The position numbers and the translations under genes were made by a program. A DNA stretch of 64,000 nucleotides from positions 14,950-78,949 of the IMG/VR virus record IMGVR_UViG_3300022751_000001; one strand, 5' to 3'. Below are positions 31,588-41,027 of the stretch, in pieces. How positions within the stretch are numbered: the first letter of the stretch is position 1; the number at the start of each line of letters is the position of its first letter. Source of the stretch: a virus (lineage: Duplodnaviria; Heunggongvirae; Uroviricota; Caudoviricetes). The notes under the pieces are model-generated. The model saw nothing but the letters and a program-made list of their open reading frames with translations. It had not been told where the DNA came from and made no database searches.

Positions 31588-32420
31588 TGTTCGAGGGAAG
31601 AACTAGCACACAGACAAATAGTCAGGTAAAAAAGTATATCAAGTGGGGAATTTGGGGTTTTGTAGGCCTACTGCTACTAATCACATTCTTTAGCTCATTA
31701 ACTACTATCGGTACAGGTAAAGTCGGTGTCGTGACTAACTATGGTCGCGTTACTGGTCGTGAACTTACTGAGGGTATCGCTTTCAAAGCACCTTGGGGTA
31801 TTGAAACGGTTACAGAATATGATGTAAAGACACTACGTTCTGAGTCGGCTGCACCATCTGCGACAAAAGACCTACAAGACGTTAACGCGACAATCGTGCT
31901 TAACTACCGTATCAATGCAGGTAAAATCGGTGACATTCACCAGAACGTCGGTAAAGACTACTATAAGACTATTATTGAACAGCAAATCATCGAATCTTTC
32001 AAAGCTGTATCAGCTAAGTACACAGCGAGTGAGCTAATCACCGAGCGTGCGGCTGTAAAGACTGAGTTCTTCGACCTACTCAAAGAACGCATTCAAAACA
32101 ACCCAGAACACAAGAAGCGTTATGTCATTCAAGACGTAGCAATTACCAACTTTACATTCAGCGCGGCATTCAACCAAGCTATTGAAGCAGTGCAAATCGC
32201 TAACCAGAAGATCGCACAAGCTCGTCAGGAGCTCGAGACCACAAAGGTTGAAGCAGAGAAGACTGTAGCAGAAGCAAACGCACAGGCAGAAGCACAACGC
32301 GTTAAACAGCAAACACTCACACCAGAGCTATTGCAACAAGAATGGATCAAGAAGTGGAACGGTGCTCTACCAACTACCCAAGCGGGTGACGGTGCACAAT
32401 TCTACATTCCGACTAAGTAA
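31587..32420 (+). CDS. SPFH/band-7 (prohibitin/HflC-like) domain membrane protein
   Basis: N-terminal TM helix then ...TTIGTGKVGVVTNYGRVTGRELTEGIAFKAPWGIETVTEYDVKTL...; C-terminal coiled coil. Confidence 0.7.
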   Translation: MFEGRTSTQTNSQVKKYIKWGIWGFVGLLLLITFFSSLTTIGTGKVGVVTNYGRVTGRELTEGIAFKAPWGIETVTEYDVKTLRSESAAPSATKDLQDVNATIVLNYRINAGKIGDIHQNVGKDYYKTIIEQQIIESFKAVSAKYTASELITERAAVKTEFFDLLKERIQNNPEHKKRYVIQDVAITNFTFSAAFNQAIEAVQIANQKIAQARQELETTKVEAEKTVAEANAQAEAQRVKQQTLTPELLQQEWIKKWNGALPTTQAGDGAQFYIPTK

Positions 32421-32698
32421 TGACAGTACGAGATACAAGCATCGCTGCCTATGAAGACGTGACACCGTCACTTGGTGATAGGCAGCGTGTGGTTCTCGAT
32501 GTTATACGTTTAGCGAAAAGACCCGTCAACAACCAAGAAATTGCAAATCACTTGCACAAGCCGATCAACACCATCACGCCTAGAACAAACGAGCTAGTCG
32601 AGAAGGGGTTGGTCGAACTTGCGTTTAAGGACGTTTACCCAGTTACGAATAGAAAAGTATGTTATTGGAGAATTAAAGATGGCAACAAAAACAATTAG
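32420..32698 (+). CDS. winged-helix DNA-binding protein
   Basis: 92 aa; ...RPVNNQEIANHLHKPINTITPRTNELVEKGLVEL... Confidence 0.45.
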   Translation: MTVRDTSIAAYEDVTPSLGDRQRVVLDVIRLAKRPVNNQEIANHLHKPINTITPRTNELVEKGLVELAFKDVYPVTNRKVCYWRIKDGNKNN

Positions 32699-32963
32699 CG
32701 ACGTACTAGAATACCTATACCGAAACAAAAAGCGCGAGCTTGCAGAAGCGGTAATCGCAGAATTGCGACGACCTGCACCTGTTGCGCCAACGCTTCAACC
32801 GTCGAAACCGTATTCACCATTAACCCCTATCTTCACTACACCAACACCGAAGTCACCTACGAACCCATACTTTGTGGGTGACCGACCCGATGCGTGGATG
32901 GGAACCAACGGTTCTGTTGACAAACCCGAGGACAAAGAGTATCCTACGATTACAAAGCAATAA
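32679..32963 (+). CDS. hypothetical Pro/Thr-rich protein
   Basis: internal ATG (MATKTISDV...) of ORF 32619-32963 preceded by ttaaag. Confidence 0.35.
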   Translation: MATKTISDVLEYLYRNKKRELAEAVIAELRRPAPVAPTLQPSKPYSPLTPIFTTPTPKSPTNPYFVGDRPDAWMGTNGSVDKPEDKEYPTITKQ

Positions 32964-32978
32964 TAGGAGAGAAAGAAA

Positions 32979-33269
32979 ATGATCTTGACCAACTGGCTCG
33001 TAGTCAACAAAAACGGTGTTAAATCAGTACGAAAACAAAAACCATCGCTCGACTGGGACGAAGTAGCTGTAAAGCTGAACATCGACGTACCAAAAGAATT
33101 ATTTGAACGCCCAACTCTAGAGGCTTCACTCGTTGTAAGCGAAATCCCGAACAACGCATATCACCCAGACGTTATCCTCGATACTGTCGACTTGATTGAA
33201 CAGCAAACAGGTGCTAAGATTAACTTCACAGTAAGCACCGTAATTGAAAATGAATCAACAGAATCCTAA
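32979..33269 (+). CDS. hypothetical protein
   Basis: 96 aa; RBS gagagaaag. Confidence 0.45.
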   Translation: MILTNWLVVNKNGVKSVRKQKPSLDWDEVAVKLNIDVPKELFERPTLEASLVVSEIPNNAYHPDVILDTVDLIEQQTGAKINFTVSTVIENESTES

Positions 33270-33705
33270 CGACTACGATTTTACGCAAGTTAACCCCCGT
33301 GACATACACAAGGGTGACATTTTGTGGGAGTCTGGTCAGTACGGCAGCATTCAATTCGAAGTGCTAAACGAACCGACACACGTTGATGGGAAGTGGGAGT
33401 GGAAAGCTCGCACAACCCAGCACGGTACGGTTGACTATCTTATCACTGACGGTATGGAGCATTATGGCCCACGTATCTACCGCAACGCAGTCTACGCGTT
33501 TGGTATTGAACCTCTTGAAGATACAGACGAAGAAGAGCTTACACCGCTCGACAACTGGTTTAACGAGTACGTTATGGTATCAAACACGGGTCGACAGACT
33601 GAAGCGGTTCACGCACTCATTCAGCTGATGGCTCAAGATCGTGAGAACGCGTTTTACCACGGTTTAACACAAGGTAGAAAAGAGGGTCACGATGAAGAAG
33701 AGTGA
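33244..33705 (+). CDS. hypothetical protein
   Basis: 153 aa. Confidence 0.45.
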   Translation: MKMNQQNPNDYDFTQVNPRDIHKGDILWESGQYGSIQFEVLNEPTHVDGKWEWKARTTQHGTVDYLITDGMEHYGPRIYRNAVYAFGIEPLEDTDEEELTPLDNWFNEYVMVSNTGRQTEAVHALIQLMAQDRENAFYHGLTQGRKEGHDEEE

Positions 33706-33973
33706 AATCGAAGCGATTAAGCGAGAAGCGTACCGTCAAGGGTGGAACGAATGCGAAGATGAGATGCTATTTGGCACAGCTGGTCTGCAAAGCCCAGTCT
33801 ACTCAGAGCGACACGTCAAAGTTGCAAAGCTCGAAGCAACGATTGAAACGCTAGAGCAAATGCAACTATCAGCTAGTCTGTATTCTGACTCGAGCAGTTT
33901 CTCACAGGTAATAACTATCTGGTTACCGCACCGTCTCGAAGAGGCGAAGAAGCAGCTAGAGGAGCTCGTATGA
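33692..33973 (+). CDS. hypothetical protein
   Basis: 93 aa. Confidence 0.45.
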   Translation: MKKSEIEAIKREAYRQGWNECEDEMLFGTAGLQSPVYSERHVKVAKLEATIETLEQMQLSASLYSDSSSFSQVITIWLPHRLEEAKKQLEELV

Positions 33974-34377
33974 GACAACCGCTAAAGTTCTACATCGACT
34001 TATACAATATGGTGGGTAAAAGTCGCGTTAAAGCAGACTACCGCTTCAGTAAGAGCGGTTTTAAGTCTCTACTGACACATATTCAGTGGGACAAAGAAGA
34101 CGCTGTTAAAGAGGCTATGAAAGCACCTGAGCTAGAAGTGCTCAAAGCGTGGCGCTTCAAAGACATTGTCTGCGAAGACTGTCGTAGTCGCGGGTGGTTC
34201 GGTGGGGCAGCTATGACCACATGGGAGTGCCCAGTTTGCAAGACCTCGAAAATGCACGGTAGTACTGCTACACCACAGATATGCACGAACTGCGCAATCA
34301 GTAGTTTTAAGTGTCAGCGGTGTCTAAAAAGTCTTGACGAAGACCTTGAAAAGTTATATAATCGAGCTAATAAGTAA
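33970..34377 (+). CDS. hypothetical zinc-finger protein
   Basis: 135 aa; CEDCRSRGW...CPVCKTSK...CTNCAISSFKCQRC. Confidence 0.45.
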   Translation: MRQPLKFYIDLYNMVGKSRVKADYRFSKSGFKSLLTHIQWDKEDAVKEAMKAPELEVLKAWRFKDIVCEDCRSRGWFGGAAMTTWECPVCKTSKMHGSTATPQICTNCAISSFKCQRCLKSLDEDLEKLYNRANK

Positions 34378-34390
34378 TACAAAGGTTTAT

Positions 34391-34522
34391 ATGAAGAATT
34401 TTCTGAACAAATTGGCGTGCAAGTTAGGTTTTCACGACTGGGACAAGTACAACGGTTACTACAAAGAACGAGTCTCTTGGAACGCTACTTGTCAGCGTTG
34501 CGGCAAAAAGAACAATGTCTAA
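34391..34522 (+). CDS. hypothetical small Cys protein
   Basis: 44 aa from the internal ATG (MKNFLNKLACKLGFHDW...CQRCGKKNNV); RBS aaagg. Confidence 0.3.
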   Translation: MKNFLNKLACKLGFHDWDKYNGYYKERVSWNATCQRCGKKNNV

Positions 34523-34910
34523 GATTCTTCAAGCAATCGACGAGTTGGCTGAGTCGCTAGAGGGTAAGACCGTTACGACCGATACCGCAGCTGAACTTCG
34601 CAACTTCGTCAAAGAGGCAACCGAGAAGCTCGAGAAGCTATCTTTCAAAACAGGTGACGACTACATTCTATTGAAATGGGGTAGTCTCAAGGGCTGGGAG
34701 CTTCACAGCGCGAAGGGCAAGAACCTCTCTGACGACTACATCAATAACGGTCGGTCTATGAGCGCAATGCTTCAAAAAGACAACCCACGACAAAAAGAAA
34801 TCATCTTAGAAATGATCGAAGAGTGCAACGGTGTCATTCAAAACGACTGGGACGGTTCGTACTACACCAAAGAGCAAGCTCGCGATTATATCACAACTTA
34901 TAGCGCATAA
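34515..34910 (+). CDS. hypothetical protein
   Basis: 131 aa. Confidence 0.45.
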   Translation: MSKILQAIDELAESLEGKTVTTDTAAELRNFVKEATEKLEKLSFKTGDDYILLKWGSLKGWELHSAKGKNLSDDYINNGRSMSAMLQKDNPRQKEIILEMIEECNGVIQNDWDGSYYTKEQARDYITTYSA

Positions 34911-34968
34911 CCTCAAAACTGTATAATAAGTAATGAATATACAGAGAGGTTATTTTATATGGCAAACG

Positions 34969-35135
34969 TACCAACAGAAGCAGAAATCAACAAACTGCAA
35001 GAGCAGTCAGAAAAAGCAGACGTAAAAAAGCAAGCGTCACAAGCAAAGCAAAACAAAGATTTTGTGAATAACGGTCAGGGTGTTATCCCTGAAGCTGTTT
35101 GGAAAGAGCTACCTGGGAAGGTGGAATCTGAATAA
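34969..35135 (+). CDS. hypothetical small protein
   Basis: 55 aa; RBS agagagg; TAATG overlap with the amidase gene. Confidence 0.4.
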
Positions 35136-36301
35136 TGGCAGACGTTAACCGAAAAAAAGTAGATTATCTTGTCCTTCACCACGCGGTGACTCCTCTCTGG
35201 ACTGAAAAGTCAAAAGCATGGCTTGCACAATGGTTTAGCGACAACGGGTACGCTCGCGCTTACGGTTCAAATGCTGGTAACTGGTCTGGTCTTATCAACC
35301 CTTACACTGGCGCACGTTCATACTCACAAGCCCACTATGCGGGGCAACGAGTTGATGGTAGCACTCCTGACGCTACTGATGCTGAACGAGCCGCTGGTTA
35401 CCGTCTAGTACCTCTCGTTAGCGACCCATTCGGTCAAATCACTTGGCACGCTGGTAACTGGGACATCAACACTCGTTCAATCGGTATCGAAAACCTTGGT
35501 GACTACCGAAACTACACTCTCCGTGATGGTGACAACAAAGTCATCGCTGCTTTCTGGCGACCACAAGACGTTGCTCTTGGTGGCGCAACCGCAGTCGTAG
35601 GTCACCACGAAGTATCACAACTTGGTACTGCTTGTCCTGCACGTATCATGGAACAACGTGACGCAATCGTTAACTACATTAACAACCCACCTCAACCACC
35701 TGCACCTGCTGACCCAACATGGCAAGCAATGGACGCACCACGTCGTATGCGAGCTAAAGCTGGTGGTACTACACTCGTTGAAGTTAAGACTGGTAACGGT
35801 GTAAAAGCCTACCCAGCTGGTACTGAGTTCGATCTCAACCAAAAGTCAAACTGGAACGGCAAGACTTACCTGCGTACACCTTACTCATCTACTAACAATG
35901 TTGGTAACGGGTTTGATGAAAATACACTAGAAGCTCTACCTACTGTAGAAGTGAAAGAAGAAAGCAAGACTGAAGAAGTCGCATTCCAAATCACTAAGTC
36001 TACAGACGCGACACTACCTGTCGGTAAAGAAAAGGTTATCCGAGCTGGTGTTAAGGGTGTTCGAACAATCGTCTGGACGGTAACCTACACAAACGGTGTT
36101 GAAACCGCACGAACAGTCAAGTCTGACGCTGTGACAACTCCTGCTGTTGACGAGCTAATCGCAGTCGGTTCATACGTTGAACCACCAACCACCCCACCAG
36201 TGATTCCAGTCCCTGAAGACGGTGAAAGTGCTACGAGCTGGCTATCTAAGGTCATTAAGTTGATCGTAGACTTGCTCTCAAAATTCACTTTCAAGAAGTA
36301 A
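35135..36301 (+). CDS. N-acetylmuramoyl-L-alanine amidase (Amidase_2/PGRP-type endolysin) with C-terminal extension
   Basis: YLVLHHAVT...GQITWHAGNWDINTRSIGIEN...VVGHHEVSQLGTACPA matches the Amidase_2 zinc-amidase pattern; ~200-aa C-terminal region could be a cell-wall-binding domain. Confidence 0.75.
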   Translation: MADVNRKKVDYLVLHHAVTPLWTEKSKAWLAQWFSDNGYARAYGSNAGNWSGLINPYTGARSYSQAHYAGQRVDGSTPDATDAERAAGYRLVPLVSDPFGQITWHAGNWDINTRSIGIENLGDYRNYTLRDGDNKVIAAFWRPQDVALGGATAVVGHHEVSQLGTACPARIMEQRDAIVNYINNPPQPPAPADPTWQAMDAPRRMRAKAGGTTLVEVKTGNGVKAYPAGTEFDLNQKSNWNGKTYLRTPYSSTNNVGNGFDENTLEALPTVEVKEESKTEEVAFQITKSTDATLPVGKEKVIRAGVKGVRTIVWTVTYTNGVETARTVKSDAVTTPAVDELIAVGSYVEPPTTPPVIPVPEDGESATSWLSKVIKLIVDLLSKFTFKK

Positions 36302-36472
36302 AGTAGTATACTGTCTCTATGACAGTACAAGAAGCAGAAGAATACTATGAACCGCTGTCAGCTACACAAGCCCAGCGGTTCAATCTTTTAGTTACCATTG
36401 GTATGAAACTAGGTAAACCTATTGAAGGCGCATACGACTACGCTAAGACCGTAATGGAGAAGGACAAAAAAG

Positions 36473-36724
36473 ATGAGCGCGAATAACTTTTATTTTGCAA
36501 AAGAAATAGACGGTAAGTGGTACGGTTGGGACTTGATGGCAGAAGCGTGGGGAGATCACGGTCTCGACAACCCTGTGAAGGTTCACCTAGTGCGAGCGGT
36601 CACCGCTGAATCTATACACGAGCTAGAACACAAGCTAGACGAGCAGGGTCTATACTGCGAATACGGTTTAACGACACAACCCTACCTACCAAAAGACGGT
36701 ACACCGATAGAAGTCGTTATTTGA
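36473..36724 (+). CDS. hypothetical protein
   Basis: 83 aa. Confidence 0.4.
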   Translation: MSANNFYFAKEIDGKWYGWDLMAEAWGDHGLDNPVKVHLVRAVTAESIHELEHKLDEQGLYCEYGLTTQPYLPKDGTPIEVVI

Positions 36725-36877
36725 TAAAGTCTGTAATAGAAGTCTGACCCTCTAGAACGGGTAGGTTACTCGGTTGCGGTACAGATTTATTCTTCTTTTT
36801 ACTCATTACTCTTATTTTACCAGAAACCAACAGAGGTGAACACACTGTTGATTATTCTACATCGTTAAAAAGTGGAC

Positions 36878-36906
36878 TTGACAGGCCGAATGCCCTATGA
36901 TAAACA
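36878..36906 (+). promoter_or_regulatory. possible promoter (consensus -35 TTGACA, weak -10)
   Basis: ttgaca at 36878-36883; downstream -10 candidates (gataaa/taaaca) are weak. Confidence 0.3.
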
Positions 36907-36928
36907 CATAAATAGGAAAACATTCAAT

Positions 36929-37744
36929 ATGCAAAGTCAAGAGCGAACAGTGACAGTAGACCTCGAAGTCTCACCGTTACTCGCATACAGTTACCCTCCA
37001 ATGTGGCAAGCTAATACGTTCAACATCGTTCACAACCAAATCTTGATGAGTTTCTCGTACAAGTGGCTAGACGAAGACAAAGTGCACCACGTTCAACTAC
37101 CAGATTTTAAGACCCGATACAAAGCTGACAAGCACGACGACAAAGATGTGGCTATCGCGCTGCACAAAATCCTAGACGAAGCGGCTATCGTGGTAGGTCA
37201 CAATCTCCGTGGTTTCGACATCAAGATGGCAAACACCTACTTCATCAAGCACAAGCTAGGGGCACCATCACCGTACAAGACAGTTGATACGCTCGCGCAA
37301 GCAAGGCGTATTTTTAAATACCCGTCTAACCGACTCGATGAAATCAGCAAGTACCACGGTTACAGCGGTAAATCGGAAATCAAGGTTGGGGCGTTATGGT
37401 ATGATTGTCTAGAAAAGAAAGATAAGCACAGCTGGAAGTTATTGAAAGAATATAACGACCAAGACGTTGCAATCACTGAACAAATCTACATCGACCAACG
37501 TGGCTTCGATAGAACTCACCCGAACATGGGTATCATTCTCAACCGTCAAGGTGTTTGTGCTCACTGTGGTACAAGTTCTGCAGCCTTCCAATCACGAGGT
37601 ACCGAACCTCGTGTCAACGGTATGATCCGTCGATACTGGTGTAACCCTGCTAAGGGCGGTTGTGGTGGTTGGAACAACTTACGCTACGTCGAAGAAGAAG
37701 ACCGCGTTGCTAAAGAGGATCGCCCTGACTTCGTCTCGGCTTAA
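36929..37744 (+). CDS. DnaQ-like 3'-5' exonuclease (DEDDh) with C-terminal zinc ribbon
   Basis: TVDLEVSP (Exo I), VVGHNLRGFDIKM (Exo II), YNDQDVAIT (Exo III); C-terminal CAHCG...CNPAKGGCGG. Confidence 0.6.
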   Translation: MQSQERTVTVDLEVSPLLAYSYPPMWQANTFNIVHNQILMSFSYKWLDEDKVHHVQLPDFKTRYKADKHDDKDVAIALHKILDEAAIVVGHNLRGFDIKMANTYFIKHKLGAPSPYKTVDTLAQARRIFKYPSNRLDEISKYHGYSGKSEIKVGALWYDCLEKKDKHSWKLLKEYNDQDVAITEQIYIDQRGFDRTHPNMGIILNRQGVCAHCGTSSAAFQSRGTEPRVNGMIRRYWCNPAKGGCGGWNNLRYVEEEDRVAKEDRPDFVSA

Positions 37745-37750
37745 AATGAT

Positions 37751-38005
37751 ATGAAATACACACGATACGACAAAAACAAAATGGTGTTCTGGGTTTACGC
37801 TGACAAAGTAGTAATCGCAATGACACCGCTACAAACCACACGGTACGATATTTATACGACCGCTAATAAACGTAACTTCTACACTTTCAAGAAATCGCTT
37901 GTCGACATACTGAAAGACGAAGATAGCGAGCTGACTGTATACGACGTAATGGCCCTAGGTCAGAAAAGTCGTATACACAGTACCGCAGCAAGTAGGCCAG
38001 AATGA
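37751..38005 (+). CDS. hypothetical protein
   Basis: 84 aa. Confidence 0.4.
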   Translation: MKYTRYDKNKMVFWVYADKVVIAMTPLQTTRYDIYTTANKRNFYTFKKSLVDILKDEDSELTVYDVMALGQKSRIHSTAASRPE

Positions 38006-38376
38006 CGATGCACGACTATATGTTCGAACTACGGGGTCGCATACCCTCTAAGAAAAACTCGCGAATCACCCTACGCAACGGTCGCACTATACCAAGTAAA
38101 GCGTATACCGAATGGCACAAGACTGCCGAAGAACAGCTCATCGGTTTAGAAAAAGAAGGTCTCGACGAACCACTATCCATAAGGTACGACTTTTACCTAC
38201 CCGACAGACGCAGGACTGATCTATCTAACAAAATTGAATCCGTGAATGACCTGCTAGTAGATATTGGGTTCATTACAGATGACAACGCCAACATTCTTAG
38301 CACGTTGCACGTTTACTATAGAGGGGTAGATAAAGAAAACCCTCGATGTGAAATCGGGGTTTCTAAGCAGTCTTAG
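38002..38376 (+). CDS. rusA: RusA-family Holliday junction resolvase
   Basis: MFELRGRIPSKKNSRITLRNGRTIPSKAY... matches the RusA N-terminal pattern; 124 aa. Confidence 0.75.
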   Translation: MTMHDYMFELRGRIPSKKNSRITLRNGRTIPSKAYTEWHKTAEEQLIGLEKEGLDEPLSIRYDFYLPDRRRTDLSNKIESVNDLLVDIGFITDDNANILSTLHVYYRGVDKENPRCEIGVSKQS

Positions 38377-38824
38377 CTTCTTCTTTAGGTGTCGGGTATT
38401 GTATTCGCGCAATCTTTATTGCTTCTGCGAGTGACTTACCATCATCGTCCATCAATGATTTGACTAGTTCACCTCGTGCTTTTTGTAGCGGGGTGAGTTC
38501 TGGGTCTTTAGGTCGTTCTTTAGCAACGCCACCAGTTCCCCAACCTTGCTTACAGACGGTTTCGTCACGAGTGTGCCAGTGACCGCGTTCGCATTGCCAG
38601 TCACCTTTTTTGCGTCGGTTCATTTCTTCGACCTTTGCAGTAGGTGCAACCATAGTAATTTCACGTGCTTGTACGAGTGTACCGTCAATCTCTAGGTAGT
38701 CTGGTTTAGACGGTGAAAGCAAGAGTGCTTCAACCTTAGCAGCGCGTTCGAGATCAAGATAAAAAAGTGCACCGTTTCGGGTGATGACGACTTTTTGCTG
38801 TAGTGATACTTCGTTTTCGCTCAT
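38363..38824 (-). CDS. hypothetical protein
   Basis: 153 aa; CERGHWH...C motif. Confidence 0.45.
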   Translation of the reverse strand: MSENEVSLQQKVVITRNGALFYLDLERAAKVEALLLSPSKPDYLEIDGTLVQAREITMVAPTAKVEEMNRRKKGDWQCERGHWHTRDETVCKQGWGTGGVAKERPKDPELTPLQKARGELVKSLMDDDGKSLAEAIKIARIQYPTPKEEAKTA

Positions 38825-39387
38825 ATTTTTTCAACTCTTGTTTTAGTATAATGCTTTTCAGCTGATTGGTAAATCTTTAACCAATGTTTTCGAAGACCCG
38901 AGGCAGACTGAACGATGTACTTCTCACCCCAGAACGGGATATTCGTGTAGATGTTTAAGATACCTGCAATCGTTTCAACTGCGATACCGTCCTTCTCTAC
39001 CATTAGCTTTATAACCTTATAGTCACTCGTGTTTGGTTTGACCTCTTTTGCACCACCTGGAGATGTCTCGTTGATAACCTTGTAGAGCATTTGCACTAGA
39101 CGGGTGTAGTTGTCGTCGAGAGCGACAGCAGTGGTGGCTGCAGTGACTTCTTTGCCGCTTTTTTCAACGATAGAAAAAGACTCACCATCGGTTGAGATGA
39201 GTCCTTCTTTGAGTAGTCGGTCAGTGATAATCTTAACCGTGTCGTGTACCAGACCAGTTCGAGAGCTAACCGAACCGACCGTAGCTTTTTTAATAGTAGC
39301 TACTACAAGTAGAGTGAACTTCTCGTCAGCAATGAGCGATTTGAACCGCTTGTCGCTGTAGAACCAGTCATCTATTTGTATCTTCAT
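38821..39387 (-). CDS. hypothetical protein with winged-helix-like segment (possible replication/organiser protein)
   Basis: 188 aa; ...TGLVHDTVKIITDRLLKEGLIS... Confidence 0.4.
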   Translation of the reverse strand: MKIQIDDWFYSDKRFKSLIADEKFTLLVVATIKKATVGSVSSRTGLVHDTVKIITDRLLKEGLISTDGESFSIVEKSGKEVTAATTAVALDDNYTRLVQMLYKVINETSPGGAKEVKPNTSDYKVIKLMVEKDGIAVETIAGILNIYTNIPFWGEKYIVQSASGLRKHWLKIYQSAEKHYTKTRVEKI

Positions 39388-39425
39388 GGCTTGATTGTAA
39401 CATACAAGCCTCTCTTATCAATGGG

Positions 39426-39653
39426 CTAAATACCGATTGCGTTTTTGAGTGCTGGTCGGTCGAAACCTCGCACAATTGTGTCACCGATGACAGTAACTGG
39501 GACACCGCTACCTACGTTCAGAGCTTCAAACTCCTTCATTGCAGCTTCGTCTTCGTCAATCATCTTTGATTCGTATGCAACCCCGAGAGAGTCGAGCCAT
39601 TGCTTTTCTGTCTTGCAGAATGCGCACCACGCGGTGCTGTAAATTGTAACCAT
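39426..39653 (-). CDS. glutaredoxin-like protein (NrdH/Grx)
   Basis: MVTIYSTAWCAFCKTEKQWL... (CxxC active site); C-terminal GVPVTVIGDTIVRGFD. Confidence 0.7.
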   Translation of the reverse strand: MVTIYSTAWCAFCKTEKQWLDSLGVAYESKMIDEDEAAMKEFEALNVGSGVPVTVIGDTIVRGFDRPALKNAIGI

Positions 39654-39654
39654 A

Positions 39655-39843
39655 TTATTCAGTTCCTAGAATGATGTTGTCGTTAATTGCGATTTCACCA
39701 AGCATACGGACTTCGGCTTCAGTTACCAGACGTTCACCATCTGCTCCCCAAAGTTCAGGGTCCATAATGCGAGCGTATACGCTTGGGTTCACTTCAGGGT
39801 TGTGAGCCCCAAAGTCTAGACTACCTAGATGTTCGCCAGCCAT
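39655..39843 (-). CDS. hypothetical protein
   Basis: internal ATG (MAGEHLG...) of ORF 39655-39861; TGATG overlap with the upstream small gene. Confidence 0.35.
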   Translation of the reverse strand: MAGEHLGSLDFGAHNPEVNPSVYARIMDPELWGADGERLVTEAEVRMLGEIAINDNIILGTE

Positions 39844-40016
39844 CACTGACAACCTTCGCACATAAGAGCGTCTGAAGGGTCGATAGGGGCTGCAACACGA
39901 CCTTGCGCTTTTGCTGTGCTATCAGCTGTTGCTTGTGCATTTGCCATCGCTGCGTCAATAGCTGCGAGCTTTTCTTCTAGTGTCATTTCGTCGTTGATGA
40001 GTGTAGTTGCGTTCAT
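39844..40016 (-). CDS. hypothetical small protein
   Basis: 57 aa (MNATTLINDEMTLEEKLAAIDAAMANAQATADSTAKAQGRVAAPIDPSDALMCEGCQ); first ORF downstream of the tRNA array on the same strand. Confidence 0.3.
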
Positions 40017-40146
40017 TTGTACCCCGTTTTAAGTGTAAATAATAAGCACCTCATTTGAGGGCTTGGTTGATTCTCTACTTAGTATAACGGGATTTATCAC
40101 GACACATTCCCAGCGGTTATTCAACGTAAAATACAATATAATTTCT

Positions 40147-40221
40147 TGGCACTCGCGCTAGGACTCGAACCTAGATTGCTGGAGCCAAAATCCAGTGTCC
40201 TACCAGTTAGACGACATGAGT
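40147..40221 (-). tRNA. tRNA-Gln(UUG)
   Basis: cloverleaf on the reverse complement; anticodon stem CTGGA/TCCAG, loop TTTTGGC; GTTCGAGTC T-loop; CCA encoded. Confidence 0.7.
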
Positions 40222-40226
40222 ATACT

Positions 40227-40302
40227 TGGGGTAAAAGATGAGAATTGAACTCACATTATCGGCACCACAAGCCGACGTTCTAACCATTGAACTACTTTCA
40301 CC
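40227..40302 (-). tRNA. tRNA-His(GUG)
   Basis: extra 5' G(-1), anticodon loop TTGTGGT, discriminator C, CCA encoded. Confidence 0.7.
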
Positions 40303-40307
40303 ACGCT

Positions 40308-40371
40308 TGGCTCCGCACACGGGTTGCAACGCCTTGGTGCAAACGTTATACACTTCAGACACGTGTACGGA
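40308..40371 (-). pseudogene. 64-nt CCA-terminated tRNA-like element (degenerate tRNA?)
   Basis: 7-bp acceptor-like helix TCCGTAC/GTGCGGA, discriminator G, CCA; too short for a cloverleaf; contains GTTGCAAC...CCCGTG as in the elements at 40907 and 43165. Confidence 0.3.
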
Positions 40372-40374
40372 GTT

Positions 40375-40458
40375 TGGCGGAAGATTGGATAATCGAAAAC
40401 CATGCTTTCACACTCATCGCTTAGCGGGCGAGACCTGATCCTATCAGGTTAATCTTCC
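40375..40458 (-). tRNA. tRNA-Ser(GCU)-like, atypical D-arm (possible pseudogene)
   Basis: perfect acceptor GGAAGAT/ATCTTCC, discriminator G, CCA, T-loop TTCGATT, anticodon loop CCGCTAA with C33, long variable arm; D region is a 7-bp hairpin with a 3-nt loop. Confidence 0.4.
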
Positions 40459-40461
40459 ATG

Positions 40462-40547
<86 letters not shown>

Positions 40548-40553
40548 TAATTG

Positions 40554-40641
40554 TGGTCGGTCTAGCTAGATTTGAACTAGCACGAGGTTTTAATCTCCGC
40601 AGGGTTTAAGCCTGCTATGTCTACCGTTTCATCATAGACCG
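40554..40641 (-). tRNA. tRNA-Leu(UAA)
   Basis: type-II; anticodon stem GCAGG/CCTGC, loop CTTAAAC; CCA. Confidence 0.75.
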
Positions 40642-40646
40642 TAATT

Positions 40647-40732
40647 TGGTACCGAAGGTGGGACTCGAACCCACAACGCTTTTCAGCACTGGTTCCTAAG
40701 ACCAGCGTGTCTACCAATTCCACCACTTCGGC
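40647..40732 (-). tRNA. tRNA-Leu(UAG)
   Basis: type-II; 5' GCCGAAGTGGTGGAATTGGTAGACAC; anticodon loop CTTAGGA; CCA. Confidence 0.75.
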
Positions 40733-40737
40733 ATATT

Positions 40738-40822
40738 TGGTGTGCTTACTCAGACTTGAACTGAGATGAGATTAACTCGGTAGCTTTTGAAACTACTGCG
40801 TATACCGTTCCGCCATAAGCAC
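40738..40822 (-). tRNA. tRNA-Leu(CAA)
   Basis: type-II; anticodon loop TTCAAAA; T-arm CTCAG-TTCAAGT-CTGAG; CCA. Confidence 0.7.
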
Positions 40823-40827
40823 ATATT

Positions 40828-40901
40828 TGGAGAAACGTATCAGATTCGCACTGATGTAAACGGGTTTGCAATCCGCTGCGTAGCTGCTCCGCCAACGCTT
40901 C
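40828..40901 (-). tRNA. tRNA-Cys(GCA)
   Basis: anticodon arm GCGGATTGCAAACCCGT (cf. E. coli Cys GCGGATTGCAAATCCGT); discriminator U; CCA. Confidence 0.7.
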
Positions 40902-40906
40902 ATATT

Positions 40907-41022
40907 TGGCACCCCCGCAAACCTTTAGGGTGAGCTAACAAATGCTTTTTATAACTAGTATGTTGCACTTGCTTGCCTGCGTATCTACTCAGGTAATTAA
41001 GCTGAGCACTACAAACGGGGGT
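40907..41022 (-). ncRNA. 116-nt CCA-terminated tRNA-like element (function unknown)
   Basis: perfect 7-bp terminal helix ACCCCCG/CGGGGGT, discriminator G, CCA, enclosing ~100 nt of AT-rich sequence without a canonical T-loop; 3' region ...CCTAAAGG...CGGGGGTGCCA resembles the element at 43165. Confidence 0.3.
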
Positions 41023-41027
41023 ATATT

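Noticed and set aside
40907-41022. 116-nt element as tmRNA, group I intron or intron-containing tRNA
   Set aside because: It is too short for tmRNA (~350 nt) or a group I intron (>200 nt plus P/Q/R/S elements), and no tag-peptide reading frame or conserved intron motifs are present. It is left as an unclassified tRNA-like element.
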